From: Candidatus Latescibacterota bacterium
GTDB lineage: Bacteria; Latescibacterota; UBA2968; SICM01
Reading direction: 5' to 3'
NCBI GenBank assembly: GCA_965217865.1
Contig: CBDCJO010000002.1
Coordinates: 4,384,001 to 4,448,000 of the forward strand
Length of the DNA stretch: 64,000 nt
Numbering within the stretch: position 1 is the first letter of the stretch; every line of letters begins with the position of its first letter. A program made the position numbers and the translations under genes. Positions 9,831-19,658 of this stretch are shown one piece after another. The notes below the pieces were generated by a model. That model was not told the origin of the DNA. It saw only the letters and a program-made list of their open reading frames with translations, and made no database searches.

Positions 9831-11247
9831 ACCCCGCCCGTCCCGCTTCCCACCTTTTCTCCATCCCTGCCGCCAACCGGGTCAGGGGAAAGGTGACAGC
9901 GAAATAGAAGATCGCAACCAGGGGCCAGACGGTCAAAGGATCCGCGTAACGGCCCGACAATTCCTGCCCGGCTCTTGTCAACTCGGTCAGTCCCATCACG
10001 GAGACCAGAGAGGAGTCCTTGAGAAGGGCAACGGCCTCGTTGGTCAGAGGGGGAACCATTCTCCGAAGGGCTTGCGGGAGCACAACGAATCGGAGGGCTT
10101 TCCACCTGGTCATCCCCAGGGATCGCGCGGCTTCGGTTTGTCCTCGATCCACTGAGAGTATCCCCGCCCGGCAGGTTTCAGCGATATAAGCACTGGCATT
10201 GACCCCAAGGGCGACGACCCCCGCGGACCATGCAGAGAGAGAAAGACCGACCGAGGGAAGGACGAAGTAGACAAAAAAGATCTGGACCAAAAGGGGCGTG
10301 CCCCTCAAGAGCTCTATATATGTACCAGCTGCGATGGAGATGATACGAGAGGGGAGGATCCGAAATAAAGCCACCAGAAGCCCCAGGGGAAGGGCGAGCA
10401 GGTATGCGCCGATGGTCAGCTGGAGTGTCCAGAAGATTCCCTTTGCGAACACGGGAAGCACACGTTCAGACAGGGAGGGTCCCGGGGGAGGGGGCTTTTT
10501 AGGATCGAACCATTTCGAGTAGAGTTGGTCGTAGGTCCCGGAAGCCCGGATCCGGAAAAGGGCGTTGTTCACGGCGGCAACCAGGTCCGCATCTTCCTTT
10601 CTGAACACGAACCCATATCGATCCTGTGTCAAAAGGTCGCCCACCATCTCAAGGTCCGGGAAGTTCTGCCCGATCATCCACTTTATGGTGGGGGCATCGC
10701 CGATCACGGCGCGAAGACGGCCCTGCTTGAGGTCGAGAAGGGCGAGGTCCATCGAGGCGTACTTCCGAATATCCACCCCTCCCTGGCGTTCCAGCAGGTA
10801 CTGGGAGGTGGTGTTCACCTGCACCCCGACTGCTTTCCCGAAAAGATCAGGAAGGTGTGTGATCTCCCTCTCGTCTTTTCGCACGGTGATGATCTGTCCG
10901 GCATTGTAATATGGATCTGCGAAGGCCATCTCCGCTGCCCGCTCCGGGGTGATGGTGACAGCAGAGATGATCATGTCGTACTTTCCGGCGATCAGTCCAG
11001 GAAAGATTCCGTCGAAGCTGACATTCGTCCAGATGATGCGGATCCCCAACTCGCGGGAAAGGGCCTCCCCGAGGTCGATATCGAATCCCTCATAAGCATC
11101 CCCGATTTTGCTCTCGAAAGGCGGGTAGGTCGCATCGGTTCCTACCTGGATCTCGCCGGTTCTGCGGATGTGTTCCAGGGCGGTCTCTCCGAAGCCAGGA
11201 TTGGCCAGGAGGCAGATCAGCATAGCGCAAATCGAGGCGTGTCTCAT
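9829..11247 (-). CDS. Amino acid ABC transporter, fused substrate-binding (family 3) and permease protein
   Basis: Signal peptide, VGTDATYPPFE and GFDIDL SBP motifs, then permease motifs RGTPLLVQ, GQTEAARSLG and LLKDSSL. Confidence 0.93.
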   Translation of the reverse strand: MRHASICAMLICLLANPGFGETALEHIRRTGEIQVGTDATYPPFESKIGDAYEGFDIDLGEALSRELGIRIIWTNVSFDGIFPGLIAGKYDMIISAVTITPERAAEMAFADPYYNAGQIITVRKDEREITHLPDLFGKAVGVQVNTTSQYLLERQGGVDIRKYASMDLALLDLKQGRLRAVIGDAPTIKWMIGQNFPDLEMVGDLLTQDRYGFVFRKEDADLVAAVNNALFRIRASGTYDQLYSKWFDPKKPPPPGPSLSERVLPVFAKGIFWTLQLTIGAYLLALPLGLLVALFRILPSRIISIAAGTYIELLRGTPLLVQIFFVYFVLPSVGLSLSAWSAGVVALGVNASAYIAETCRAGILSVDRGQTEAARSLGMTRWKALRFVVLPQALRRMVPPLTNEAVALLKDSSLVSVMGLTELTRAGQELSGRYADPLTVWPLVAIFYFAVTFPLTRLAAGMEKRWEAGRAG

Positions 11248-11449
11248 GGTTTTCTCCGATGGCAAACCCGCGAATCGTGAAACGTAAATCGAATCCCGAA
11301 AAAGGCAATATCTCGTATCCCGTTAAGATAGCGAAGCTTGAGCAACGAAAAGGATATCACCCCCCCCGTGTCTGGGAAAGACCGCCGCCTTACTGGGGAT
11401 TCAAAAAAAGGGTGGTGAATATCATTCAAATGGCACTTCACGTCCCAGT

Positions 11450-12490
11450 TTAATGAAGCCATCCGGTTTTATTTGCGCGGTCCAATGCGGTACGAAGTCG
11501 ATCGGGGGTCAGATTCGGCAGCCGTCCTGGATCGGCGGACAAAAGGCCGTTTAAGCCCGCCTCTTCAGCCGCCTCGGCAGTGGCCTCGAAGATGGGGGGG
11601 AGTCGATTTTCCTCAATCATTTTCACCTGGAACATGGGCCCCTTGCTTCTTTTCATCCGAACCCCGGTCGAGAAGGCCAGCACCAGAGCTTCTTGAACAT
11701 ATCCATCGATGAATCCGCCTCTTGCCAACCCTAAGGCGGATCGACCTGCCAACCGGTTAAGCTGGTCCGGGCCCATGGGAGCGTCGGTAGCGACGATAGC
11801 GCAGACCGAACGGGTCCGCACACCCTCGAGATCAGGCAGGTCCAGGAAACGGCCTACGGGAACCCCATTCACCCTCAACCCGGGACGTTCCCCGCCATTG
11901 GCTGCCACAAGAATTCCGATCCTGTGCCCCTCCACCAGCCTGGAGGATGTCCCAACGCCCCCCCTCAACCCGAATGCGCATAACCCTCTTCCGATCCCGG
12001 AGCTGCCCTCGGCCACCTCCTCGGGGGTGTGTCCAAAACAGAGGAGCAACTCGGCCTCTCCGATTTTTTGTTCTTTCTTCCGATCGTTGAGGGTTCCGTC
12101 GTCAATTCCGACGATCACGGGAGGCCAACCCGCGTCGATCGAAAGGCCCGCGTCCCGTCGATGTCCGTAAGAGATCACCCCATCGTAGACTCCGCCAAAC
12201 GCAGGGGCGGGGGCCAGCACAATCGGACCGGAGAATGTGCCGAAATCCTCTGCGACGGGAAGGCCGGACATCTTTGCTCCCCCGTCGAGAGTCCAGCGGC
12301 CCAGGAAGAGTTTGTGTTTCTCCGGGGTTCCGGAAAAAGGAATCACAGCGGTGAGTCCCGTCAGGAGTCCTGTCCCTGCGATGTCCGTATGACCCACCCT
12401 GATTCCCTCAATGTCCGCGATGGCATTGAACGGTCCAGGTTGAAACCGTCCGATCCGGATGCCAAGGTCTCTAATTCGGGTTCCCGCCAT
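11450..12490 (-). CDS. P1/S58 (DmpA-like) peptidase homologue, probably degenerate
   Basis: PGPFNAIADIEGIRVGH, GGVGTSSR and IVATDAP are present; the VVxET and SGD motifs are replaced. Confidence 0.82.
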   Translation of the reverse strand: MAGTRIRDLGIRIGRFQPGPFNAIADIEGIRVGHTDIAGTGLLTGLTAVIPFSGTPEKHKLFLGRWTLDGGAKMSGLPVAEDFGTFSGPIVLAPAPAFGGVYDGVISYGHRRDAGLSIDAGWPPVIVGIDDGTLNDRKKEQKIGEAELLLCFGHTPEEVAEGSSGIGRGLCAFGLRGGVGTSSRLVEGHRIGILVAANGGERPGLRVNGVPVGRFLDLPDLEGVRTRSVCAIVATDAPMGPDQLNRLAGRSALGLARGGFIDGYVQEALVLAFSTGVRMKRSKGPMFQVKMIEENRLPPIFEATAEAAEEAGLNGLLSADPGRLPNLTPDRLRTALDRANKTGWLH

Positions 12491-12587
12491 GGATAAACCT
12501 AATTTGAATCGTTCGGAGGGGTTCGCGAATTGCCCCCACATGGTGACTCATATGGTCAACGACCCAGGGGCGAATCACGAGTCGTCC

Positions 12588-13886
12588 CTACTTCAATTTA
12601 TTGTAAGTCCTGAACACCTCCAACAGGCGATCGAGGGGCAATGCGTGGACGGTGTTATCGTTCCTTCCGGTCATGGTCGTTGCGGTCGTCAGGGCATTCA
12701 ATACCGCCTCCTCAGTGGCCTCAATCGTGGCCTGGTAGATGGGGTTGATCGCGCTGTCGTCAAGGACCTTAAGGTTCGATGCCTGTACCCCGGGACGTGC
12801 AGGCAACAGGTTTCCGGTCGAAAAGGCCAGGGCAAGGTCTCCGCTGGAGTGCATCGAAAGGGATCCCGTCCGGGCGAGCCCCATAGCTGCGCGTTTCGCC
12901 AACCGCCTGAGTTGGACGGGAAGCAAGGGGGCGTCGGTGGCTATCACCAGAAGGATCGACTTTGAGCGGCTTTTCCCGGGTTCCGGCATTCGGTCCGGGA
13001 TCTCTCTACCCACGGGCACTCCTAAAATCATCAACTGGGGCCTCCTACCGTGGTTGGCCTGGACGAGAACCCCGACGGTGAATTGAAGCCCGTTCGAAGT
13101 TACGAAACGCCGCGAGGAGGTCCCCGTTCCTCCTTTGAACCCGTAGGAAATCATGCCGGTACCGCCACCGACACATCCTTCTGCGATTAGCCCGGAGGTT
13201 GCGGTTTCGATGGCAGATCGAACGTGTTCCCTCTGGACATGCCGTCCCTCGATATCGTTCAGGAAGGCATCCCAGGTTTCCCCTACCACCGGCTCGGGCC
13301 AATCTCCTGACGCCATCAATCCCGGCCTCCGTTCCAGCATCCAGCTCAAAGCCGAATCGTAGACCTTTCCGATGTTAGACGTGTTTGTGAGGAGGATGGG
13401 ACCACCTAACCGTCCGGTGCGTCGGATATATCCGATCCCGGTCATCTCTCCATTGCCGTTCAGCGTCAGGTCCCCTGCAAATAGATCCACCTCAAGATCC
13501 TTCCCGACAGGAAGAATCGCGGTCACACCCGTCCTGACAGGGCCTTCTCCAACGATCAGCTTCCCTTTTCCCCGGATCAACGTCGTGTAACCGACTTCCA
13601 CCCCTGCCACATCCGTGATCGCGTTGAAGGGGCCCGGGGGCATCGTCCCCGGAGTGACGCCCAGCTGACGCAACCGCACCCGGGTTTCCTTGAGATCCCC
13701 TATCCCGTTACCCAAGATCGATCCCGGAACTGCCAGGATAGCCGTTCCCGCCAACCCAATATCCAAAAACCTTCGGCGAGTGATCCTGTCGCTGAACAAT
13801 GCAAACGAGTGGTCTTTCACCGCTTCTTCAGTGGGTGTGGAATCTCCGCGAACCTTGCCGGCTTTTTCTCTCCACCCTTTATTCAT
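12588..13886 (-). CDS. P1/S58 (DmpA-like) aminopeptidase with Tat signal; start uncertain
   Basis: TRRRFL twin-arginine motif; NAITDVAGV, NGNGEMTG, PVVGETWD, KGGTGTSSR, SILLVIATDAP, SSGD. Confidence 0.9.
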   Translation of the reverse strand: MNKGWREKAGKVRGDSTPTEEAVKDHSFALFSDRITRRRFLDIGLAGTAILAVPGSILGNGIGDLKETRVRLRQLGVTPGTMPPGPFNAITDVAGVEVGYTTLIRGKGKLIVGEGPVRTGVTAILPVGKDLEVDLFAGDLTLNGNGEMTGIGYIRRTGRLGGPILLTNTSNIGKVYDSALSWMLERRPGLMASGDWPEPVVGETWDAFLNDIEGRHVQREHVRSAIETATSGLIAEGCVGGGTGMISYGFKGGTGTSSRRFVTSNGLQFTVGVLVQANHGRRPQLMILGVPVGREIPDRMPEPGKSRSKSILLVIATDAPLLPVQLRRLAKRAAMGLARTGSLSMHSSGDLALAFSTGNLLPARPGVQASNLKVLDDSAINPIYQATIEATEEAVLNALTTATTMTGRNDNTVHALPLDRLLEVFRTYNKLK

Positions 13887-13955
13887 GAGAGGTGCATAGC
13901 CTTGGGTTAGGGAGGCCAAAAAACAGACGAAGTTTCCAACGACTGTTATATAGCC

Positions 13956-13982
13956 GTAGGGGCGCACGGCCGTGCGCCCCTA
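13956..13982. repeat. GTAG-type REP palindrome
   Basis: GTAGGGGCGCACGGCCGTGCGCCCCTA, a perfect palindrome. Confidence 0.65.
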
Positions 13983-14086
13983 TCAGTGAAAACCGACATT
14001 CTGGGAAAATCAAGACCAACCATCAGGAGTTCCAGAATCCTGTGGATCCGCTCAAACTCGCGTTTTCCCCTGGCAACACACAGGTT

Positions 14087-14740
14087 CTATCGTCTGGGCA
14101 GGGTTCTGCGACCCCGACCGAAGGTGATTTGGGTGCTGCGCGATTCTGGGGGAGAGGTGGGTTGATCGATCCGGGAGGGGGGCTCTATGGGAGGGAGGTC
14201 CGGAATTTCCAGGAATTTAGCGGGCACCTCCAAAGTCAGGATGGTGGGGCCGCAGTCGAAAAAAGATACCCCTTCAGCGTGTGCCTGCTTGGCAAGGATT
14301 CGGATAACCACCTGAGGTTTCCCCCACCGCCGCGGACGGGAATCCCGTTCCGACTGATGGGAGAGATGAACGTAATAACGATCCCCGGGAAGGAGACCCT
14401 TGCTCCGAATGGCATCCAGATCTCCCACGGGAACATCCTTGTAAAGAAATTCGGGTGGGGTGATGGGTTCCCGATCCATTTCGATCGGGATACTATGGCC
14501 GTATCTCGCGCGGATTTTCCCCTCTTCAATCTCGAATCGTTGCTTCTCCGCATCGTGAACCAGGTGCTCTATTTCCTCTAAGGTAATAGAGGAAGTCCGC
14601 TCCTGGAGGGCGGTCAGCACGGTTTCGACATCCGCATAACCGTACTTGTCCACCTCCACGCCGAACTCCTCGGGGCGATGTCGGAGCATCAACGAGAGCA
14701 TTTTTGAAAGGTGCTCTATGTGTCTGCGATCCATCATCAT
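14087..14740 (-). CDS. kptA: RNA 2'-phosphotransferase KptA/Tpt1 family
   Basis: LSKMLSLMLRH, KQRF, IRARYGHS and YVHLS motifs. Confidence 0.88.
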   Translation of the reverse strand: MMMDRRHIEHLSKMLSLMLRHRPEEFGVEVDKYGYADVETVLTALQERTSSITLEEIEHLVHDAEKQRFEIEEGKIRARYGHSIPIEMDREPITPPEFLYKDVPVGDLDAIRSKGLLPGDRYYVHLSHQSERDSRPRRWGKPQVVIRILAKQAHAEGVSFFDCGPTILTLEVPAKFLEIPDLPPIEPPSRIDQPTSPPESRSTQITFGRGRRTLPRR

Positions 14741-14768
14741 TAGGAGATGTGATATTGAAGGAGGTGGA

Positions 14769-16163
14769 TCAGGTCGTTTCCAGGAATGGATCTTCCCGAT
14801 AGATCTCCGCCTCTTCGAACCGGCTGTACTTGTTTACCCAGGTCAGGCTTGCTACCCCCAGAGGTCCGTTTCGCTGTTTTCCAATAATGACCTCTGCCAT
14901 CCCCACCTGATCGTGACCCTCGTCGTCAATGATTCCGTACACCTCAGGACGGTAGAGGAACAGAACGACGTCCGCATCCTGCTCGATGCTGCCCGATTCT
15001 CTTAAATCGCTCAGGATGGGCCGGCGATCTCCGCCTCGCGTCTCGACCGCTCTGGAGAGCTGAGCACATGCTACAACAGGGACATTCAATTCTTTCGCAA
15101 TGGCTTTGAGCGAACGGGAGATGTTGGCGATCTCCTGTTGTCGATTTTCGGATCGATCGTGAGTCGTGATAAGCTGAAGGTAATCCACAATGATCAAACC
15201 CACACCGTGTTCGATCTTCAGACGGCGCGCCTTTGCCCGCATCTCCAAAATGCTGATCCCAGGGGAATCGTCAACGAAGATGGGGGCCTCCATGAGCTTG
15301 CTGCTCCACGCTGCCAGACGGGACCATTCGTCTTCAGACAACTTACCCGTCCGCAAAAGATGGGAATCCACCCGGGCCTCCGCGCAGAGCAGCCGCTGGG
15401 CAACCTGCTGCTCGGACATCTCCAGGGAGAAGATTCCCACAGGGACCTTCTCCTTAACCGCTACATTCCGGGCGACGCTAATGCCGAAAGCGGTTTTGCC
15501 CATTCCGGGTCTGCCCGCCACAACGATCATTTCCGACGGCTGTAATCCGGCAGTCAATTCGTCGAGGTCTTTGTATCCTGTGGCCAATCCCGAATAGGCG
15601 CCGGCCCTTTTGTGGGCCTTTTCAACAATCTCGAACGTGTCGTGGAGGATGTTCTCGATCGGTTTGAATCCTCTTCCGATCGAACCCTGAGAAAGGCTGA
15701 AAAAACGCTGCTCCGCACGGTCAAGGAGCTGAAAGCCATCTTGCGATTCCGCGTAGCATTCGGAAGCGATCTGTGCCGAGATGTTGATCATCTTTCGCCT
15801 GAGCGACTTTTCAAGGACGATCCTGGCGTGATATTCGGCATTGACCGAGGTGCCTACATCTCCCGCGAGCTGTGCCACGGCGAAGGCACCCCCCACCTCT
15901 TCCAGTTTTTTTCGCCGGGTGAGCTCCTGCACCACCGTGATCTGGTCCACCGGCTGGCCTTTGTCATACAAAGAAATGATTGCAGCGAAGAGTTGACGGT
16001 GGGCCGTCTGGTAGAAGGCCGTCTCATCCAGGACCTCAAGCACCGCGCCGACGGCACTGGAGTCTATGAGCATGGCCCCAAGGACAGCACGCTCGACATC
16101 AAGGGCTTGCGGGGGGATGCGGTCGACCTGAGCTGTAAGTTCAGAAGCCATCGATTCATCCAT
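14769..16163 (-). CDS. dnaB: Replicative DNA helicase
   Basis: PPQALDVERAVLG, GRPGMGKT, IVDYLQL, QLSRAVE, DLRESGSIEQDAD, KQRNGP. No intein. Confidence 0.98.
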   Translation of the reverse strand: MDESMASELTAQVDRIPPQALDVERAVLGAMLIDSSAVGAVLEVLDETAFYQTAHRQLFAAIISLYDKGQPVDQITVVQELTRRKKLEEVGGAFAVAQLAGDVGTSVNAEYHARIVLEKSLRRKMINISAQIASECYAESQDGFQLLDRAEQRFFSLSQGSIGRGFKPIENILHDTFEIVEKAHKRAGAYSGLATGYKDLDELTAGLQPSEMIVVAGRPGMGKTAFGISVARNVAVKEKVPVGIFSLEMSEQQVAQRLLCAEARVDSHLLRTGKLSEDEWSRLAAWSSKLMEAPIFVDDSPGISILEMRAKARRLKIEHGVGLIIVDYLQLITTHDRSENRQQEIANISRSLKAIAKELNVPVVACAQLSRAVETRGGDRRPILSDLRESGSIEQDADVVLFLYRPEVYGIIDDEGHDQVGMAEVIIGKQRNGPLGVASLTWVNKYSRFEEAEIYREDPFLETT

Positions 16164-16194
16164 CTGAAGTAACGGACTGGAGGGATCTTAGTGC

Positions 16195-16887
16195 CTACAA
16201 CGCCACGCCATCCAGCGCTTTGCGAAGCAGCTTCATGTCCTCCCAGGTCGGTTTTTTCAAGGCCGGATTTCGCAGGAGGGCAGCTGGATGGTAGGTGACG
16301 ATCAGTCTGATACCCTGAAAAAGGTGGATCTTTCCTCGGAGTTTTCCGACGGGAACATCGACCTCCAGGAGGGCCTGAGCTGAAACCTTCCCGAGAGCAC
16401 AAATCAATTCCGGTTTTATAATCTCGATCTGGCGCAGGAGATGTGGATTGCAGGCAGCGATCTCGTCCGAGTCTGGATTCCGATTGTTGGGGGGGCGACA
16501 CTTTACGACGTTGGTGATATAGACGTCTTCGCGGCGGAGTTTCGTCGCCTCGATTATCTTCGTCAGGAGTTGACCGGCCGCTCCGACAAACGGCAGCCCG
16601 GTGACGTCCTCATCTCTGCCGGGTCCCTCGCCGATAAACATGAGGTTTGCCTCTGGATTTCCGGACCCGAAGACGACCTTAGTTCGCCCTTTTGCAAGTT
16701 GACACTTTTGGCAGTCTGATATCGAATTCCCAAAAGCACCCAATTCGTTTGTGTCCGGGCGGGGGTCCGAGACAAGTGTGTTATCGGAACGAATAAAAAA
16801 TTCCCGGGCACCTATATCCGATCGTTGATGGACGTAGCGGCGAGCAAGCAAGAGTGTTTCGGTAAGGTCCTCGTAAAGGTCATCCAT
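16195..16887 (-). CDS. udg: Uracil-DNA glycosylase family 4 (Fe-S)
   Basis: [33 protein letters not shown]. Confidence 0.93.
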   Translation of the reverse strand: MDDLYEDLTETLLLARRYVHQRSDIGAREFFIRSDNTLVSDPRPDTNELGAFGNSISDCQKCQLAKGRTKVVFGSGNPEANLMFIGEGPGRDEDVTGLPFVGAAGQLLTKIIEATKLRREDVYITNVVKCRPPNNRNPDSDEIAACNPHLLRQIEIIKPELICALGKVSAQALLEVDVPVGKLRGKIHLFQGIRLIVTYHPAALLRNPALKKPTWEDMKLLRKALDGVAL

Positions 16888-16901
16888 AATACTGGGGCTA
16901 G

Positions 16902-18427
16902 CAGCCTGTTGAAAAAGTGCATTTATGCCAAGATGACTGTTGTCTTTCCTTGTGGTTTGGTCCTATGATATATCAGGTTCAAACTGAGAAGGGAGGACGA
17001 GCAAATGGCAATGGGAAAACGAGGACGACAGAGACAGGAAAACCTGTTCATCGCATCGAACACTTTGGTGAAATCTCCGGGTCATCCGTTCTACGAGAAG
17101 CTGAATCAGGTATTGGGGGCGAACGGCTTCGACGAGTTCGTCGAGGGGCTTTGCCAGCGGTATTACGCTCCTCATATGGGTCGCAAGGGCATTCCGCCCG
17201 GGGTTTATTTTCGGATGCTTTTGATTGGGTATTTCGAGGGACTTGATTCGGAACGTGGGATCGAATGGCGTGTATCTGACTCGCTGACGTTGCGCCGGTT
17301 TTTGGGGTATGCCCTTGACGAACAGACCCCGGATCATTCCAGCCTGTCTCGCATCCGGCATCGGCTTCCCTTGGAAGTTCACGAAGCGGTTTTCAAGTGG
17401 ATCCTGAGGGTCTTGTGCAAAGCGGGTCTGGTGAAGGGGAAGACGTTGGGCGTGGATGCTACGACACTGGAGGCCAACGCCGCGATGCGCAGCATTGTAC
17501 GCCGTGACACGGGTGAAGGCTACCAGGCATTCCTTGAGAATCTGGCCAAGGCCTCGGGCATTGAAACGCCTACCCGCGAGGACTTGTCCAAGATCGATAA
17601 GAAGCGACCGAAGAAGGGATCGAACCAGGACTGGGAGCACCCGCACGACCCGGATGCCAAGATCGCTAAGATGAAGGACGGTCGCACGCACATGGCGCAC
17701 AAGGTGGAGCACGCGGTGGATCTGGACACCAATGCCATTGTGGCAGTGGCGTTGTCGGGAGCAGATGAAGGAGATACCGAGTCGTTGCCCTGGACGCTGC
17801 TCGAGGCGCAGCTCAATCTCAAGCAGGTCGCGAAGGACGAAAAAGCTGCCAAACGTTTGCACAGACAGCGTATACGGGAGGTGGTTGCGGACAAAGGATA
17901 TCATAGCAACGATGTATTGACCAGTCTGAAGCAAGGCGGCATCCGGAGTTACATTTCAGAACCGGATCGGGGACGCCGCAAGTGGAACGGCCGACGAGAT
18001 GAGCAGGCCGCGGTATATGCGAATCGACGCCGGATCAAGGGAGATCGCGGCAAGGCCTTGCGCCGAAGTCGTGCAGAACGGGTGGAAAGAACCATCGCTC
18101 ACACATATGATACCGGTGGCATGCGCAGGTTGCACTTGAGAGACCGCGGCAATATCCTCAAGCGTTTGCTGATCCACATCGGGGGCTGCAACCTGGCTCT
18201 GCTCATGCGCAAAGTGATGGGCGTAGGTACTCCGAAGGCCCTCCAGGACCTGGCCAAGGCCTTGCAGCGTCTACTGCTCGTCCTACAATCACGTTTGCTG
18301 CCCTCGGTCACCTTTTTAACCTCTTATCAGCGTCTCCTGCTCAATCTCCTTACCTTGATTTATCTGACCCGCACTCCAGGCGTCTTTTCCGTTTATGTGC
18401 GTTGAAAGGTAGTTCTTCAACGGGCTG
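16902..18427 (+). mobile_element. IS1182/IS5-like insertion sequence, copy 1 (1526 bp)
   Basis: Imperfect terminal IRs CAGCCTGTTGAAAAAG / CAGCCCGTTGAAGAAC, with CTAG on both flanks (16898-16901 and 18428-18431). Confidence 0.95.
17005..18405 (+). CDS. DDE transposase (DUF772-like N-terminus)
   Basis: PDHSSLSR, GVDAT, VADKGY, ERTIA. Confidence 0.95.
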   Translation: MAMGKRGRQRQENLFIASNTLVKSPGHPFYEKLNQVLGANGFDEFVEGLCQRYYAPHMGRKGIPPGVYFRMLLIGYFEGLDSERGIEWRVSDSLTLRRFLGYALDEQTPDHSSLSRIRHRLPLEVHEAVFKWILRVLCKAGLVKGKTLGVDATTLEANAAMRSIVRRDTGEGYQAFLENLAKASGIETPTREDLSKIDKKRPKKGSNQDWEHPHDPDAKIAKMKDGRTHMAHKVEHAVDLDTNAIVAVALSGADEGDTESLPWTLLEAQLNLKQVAKDEKAAKRLHRQRIREVVADKGYHSNDVLTSLKQGGIRSYISEPDRGRRKWNGRRDEQAAVYANRRRIKGDRGKALRRSRAERVERTIAHTYDTGGMRRLHLRDRGNILKRLLIHIGGCNLALLMRKVMGVGTPKALQDLAKALQRLLLVLQSRLLPSVTFLTSYQRLLLNLLTLIYLTRTPGVFSVYVR

Positions 18428-18458
18428 CTAGCCCTCGGGGATCGGGATCAGAGAGTTT

Positions 18459-19658
18459 TCAGCACCCCTTCAGTTTTTTCGTCACCCGATCCAGAATATG
18501 GTCCGCCACTTCCAACTTCGTCATTTTTTGTAAATTCTGGACGGACTCGTCTTTGTCGATCAGGGAGACCACATTCGTGTCGGCCTGAAATCCCGCACCC
18601 TCTACTGTCAGGTCATTCATCACGATCAGGTCCATGTTTTTCTGCCTCAATTTTTTTGTGGCATTGGCCAAACCGTTTTCCGTCTCCATGGCAAACCCGA
18701 CAACGATCTTGTCTCTCTTTTTCTTTCCCAATTCCACGAGGAAGTCCCCGGTGGGGACCAGTTTCAGGGAGATGCCCGTCCCGGACTTTTTTATCTTGGA
18801 GGACGAAATCGTCTTTGTCCGAAAGTCGAGGACGGCCGCCGCCATGATAAGGACATCCGTCTCGGGGAAGGCCTTTTCAACTGCACCCCGCATCTGGTCA
18901 ACGGTCCGGATGTTCACGACCCTGACCCCTTCGGGGGGTGCGATATGGGTCGGTCCGGAGATGAGGGTCACATCCGCACCGCGTCTCCGGGCACGTTCGG
19001 CGATGGCGAAGCCCATCTTTCCGCTGGAGCGATTCGTCAGGAACCTCACCGGATCGATGTCCTCTTCCGTTCGCCCTGCGGTTACCAGGATACGGCATCC
19101 TTTTAAGGCGGCGGAGGGCGGATGGTTCAAGGCCTCGAGGACGGCTTCGGCGATCTCCTCCGGTTCCGACATCCGGCCCATCCCTTCTGTCCCGGAGGCA
19201 AGGAAACCCTCCCCCGGCCCAACCGTTAAATAACCCAGGCCGCGAAGACGGGACACATTTTCCTTCACGATGGGGTTTTGAACCATGTTCGTCTCCATGG
19301 CAGGGGCCAGGAGGATCGGAACAGGCGAGGCCAACACGGTTGCGGATAGGAGATCGTCGGCCAGACCGGCTGCGATCTTCCCGATCGTATTTGCCGTGGC
19401 CGGAGCGATCAGCATGAGATCCGCCCATTGTCCAAGAGCGATGTGAGGGATCTGAGGCGAGGGAGGCTTCGGAAACATCTCCGTATGAACCGGATGCCCG
19501 GACAAGACTTCGAAAGTCACGGGCCCTACAAATTCACGGGCAGAGGCGGTCATCATAACCGACACGTCCGCACCCATTTTCTTCAGTATGCGAAGAAGCT
19601 CAACCGACTTATAGGCCGATATTCCCCCCGTCACCCCCAGAAGAATCTTCTTCCTCAT
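18459..19658 (-). CDS. coaBC: Bifunctional phosphopantothenoylcysteine decarboxylase/ligase
   Basis: KKILLGVTGGISAYK, APATAN, APAM, DPVRFLTNRSSGKMG, VGFAMET. Confidence 0.96.
   Translation of the reverse strand: MRKKILLGVTGGISAYKSVELLRILKKMGADVSVMMTASAREFVGPVTFEVLSGHPVHTEMFPKPPSPQIPHIALGQWADLMLIAPATANTIGKIAAGLADDLLSATVLASPVPILLAPAMETNMVQNPIVKENVSRLRGLGYLTVGPGEGFLASGTEGMGRMSEPEEIAEAVLEALNHPPSAALKGCRILVTAGRTEEDIDPVRFLTNRSSGKMGFAIAERARRRGADVTLISGPTHIAPPEGVRVVNIRTVDQMRGAVEKAFPETDVLIMAAAVLDFRTKTISSSKIKKSGTGISLKLVPTGDFLVELGKKKRDKIVVGFAMETENGLANATKKLRQKNMDLIVMNDLTVEGAGFQADTNVVSLIDKDESVQNLQKMTKLEVADHILDRVTKKLKGC

Noticed and set aside
14769-16163. Intein in DnaB
   Set aside because: The length (464 aa) and motifs are continuous, with no insertion.
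16963-17934. 323-aa antisense ORF in every IS copy
   Set aside because: It is the shadow frame of the transposase. Conservation is trivial because the copies are near-identical, and it has no recognisable motif.
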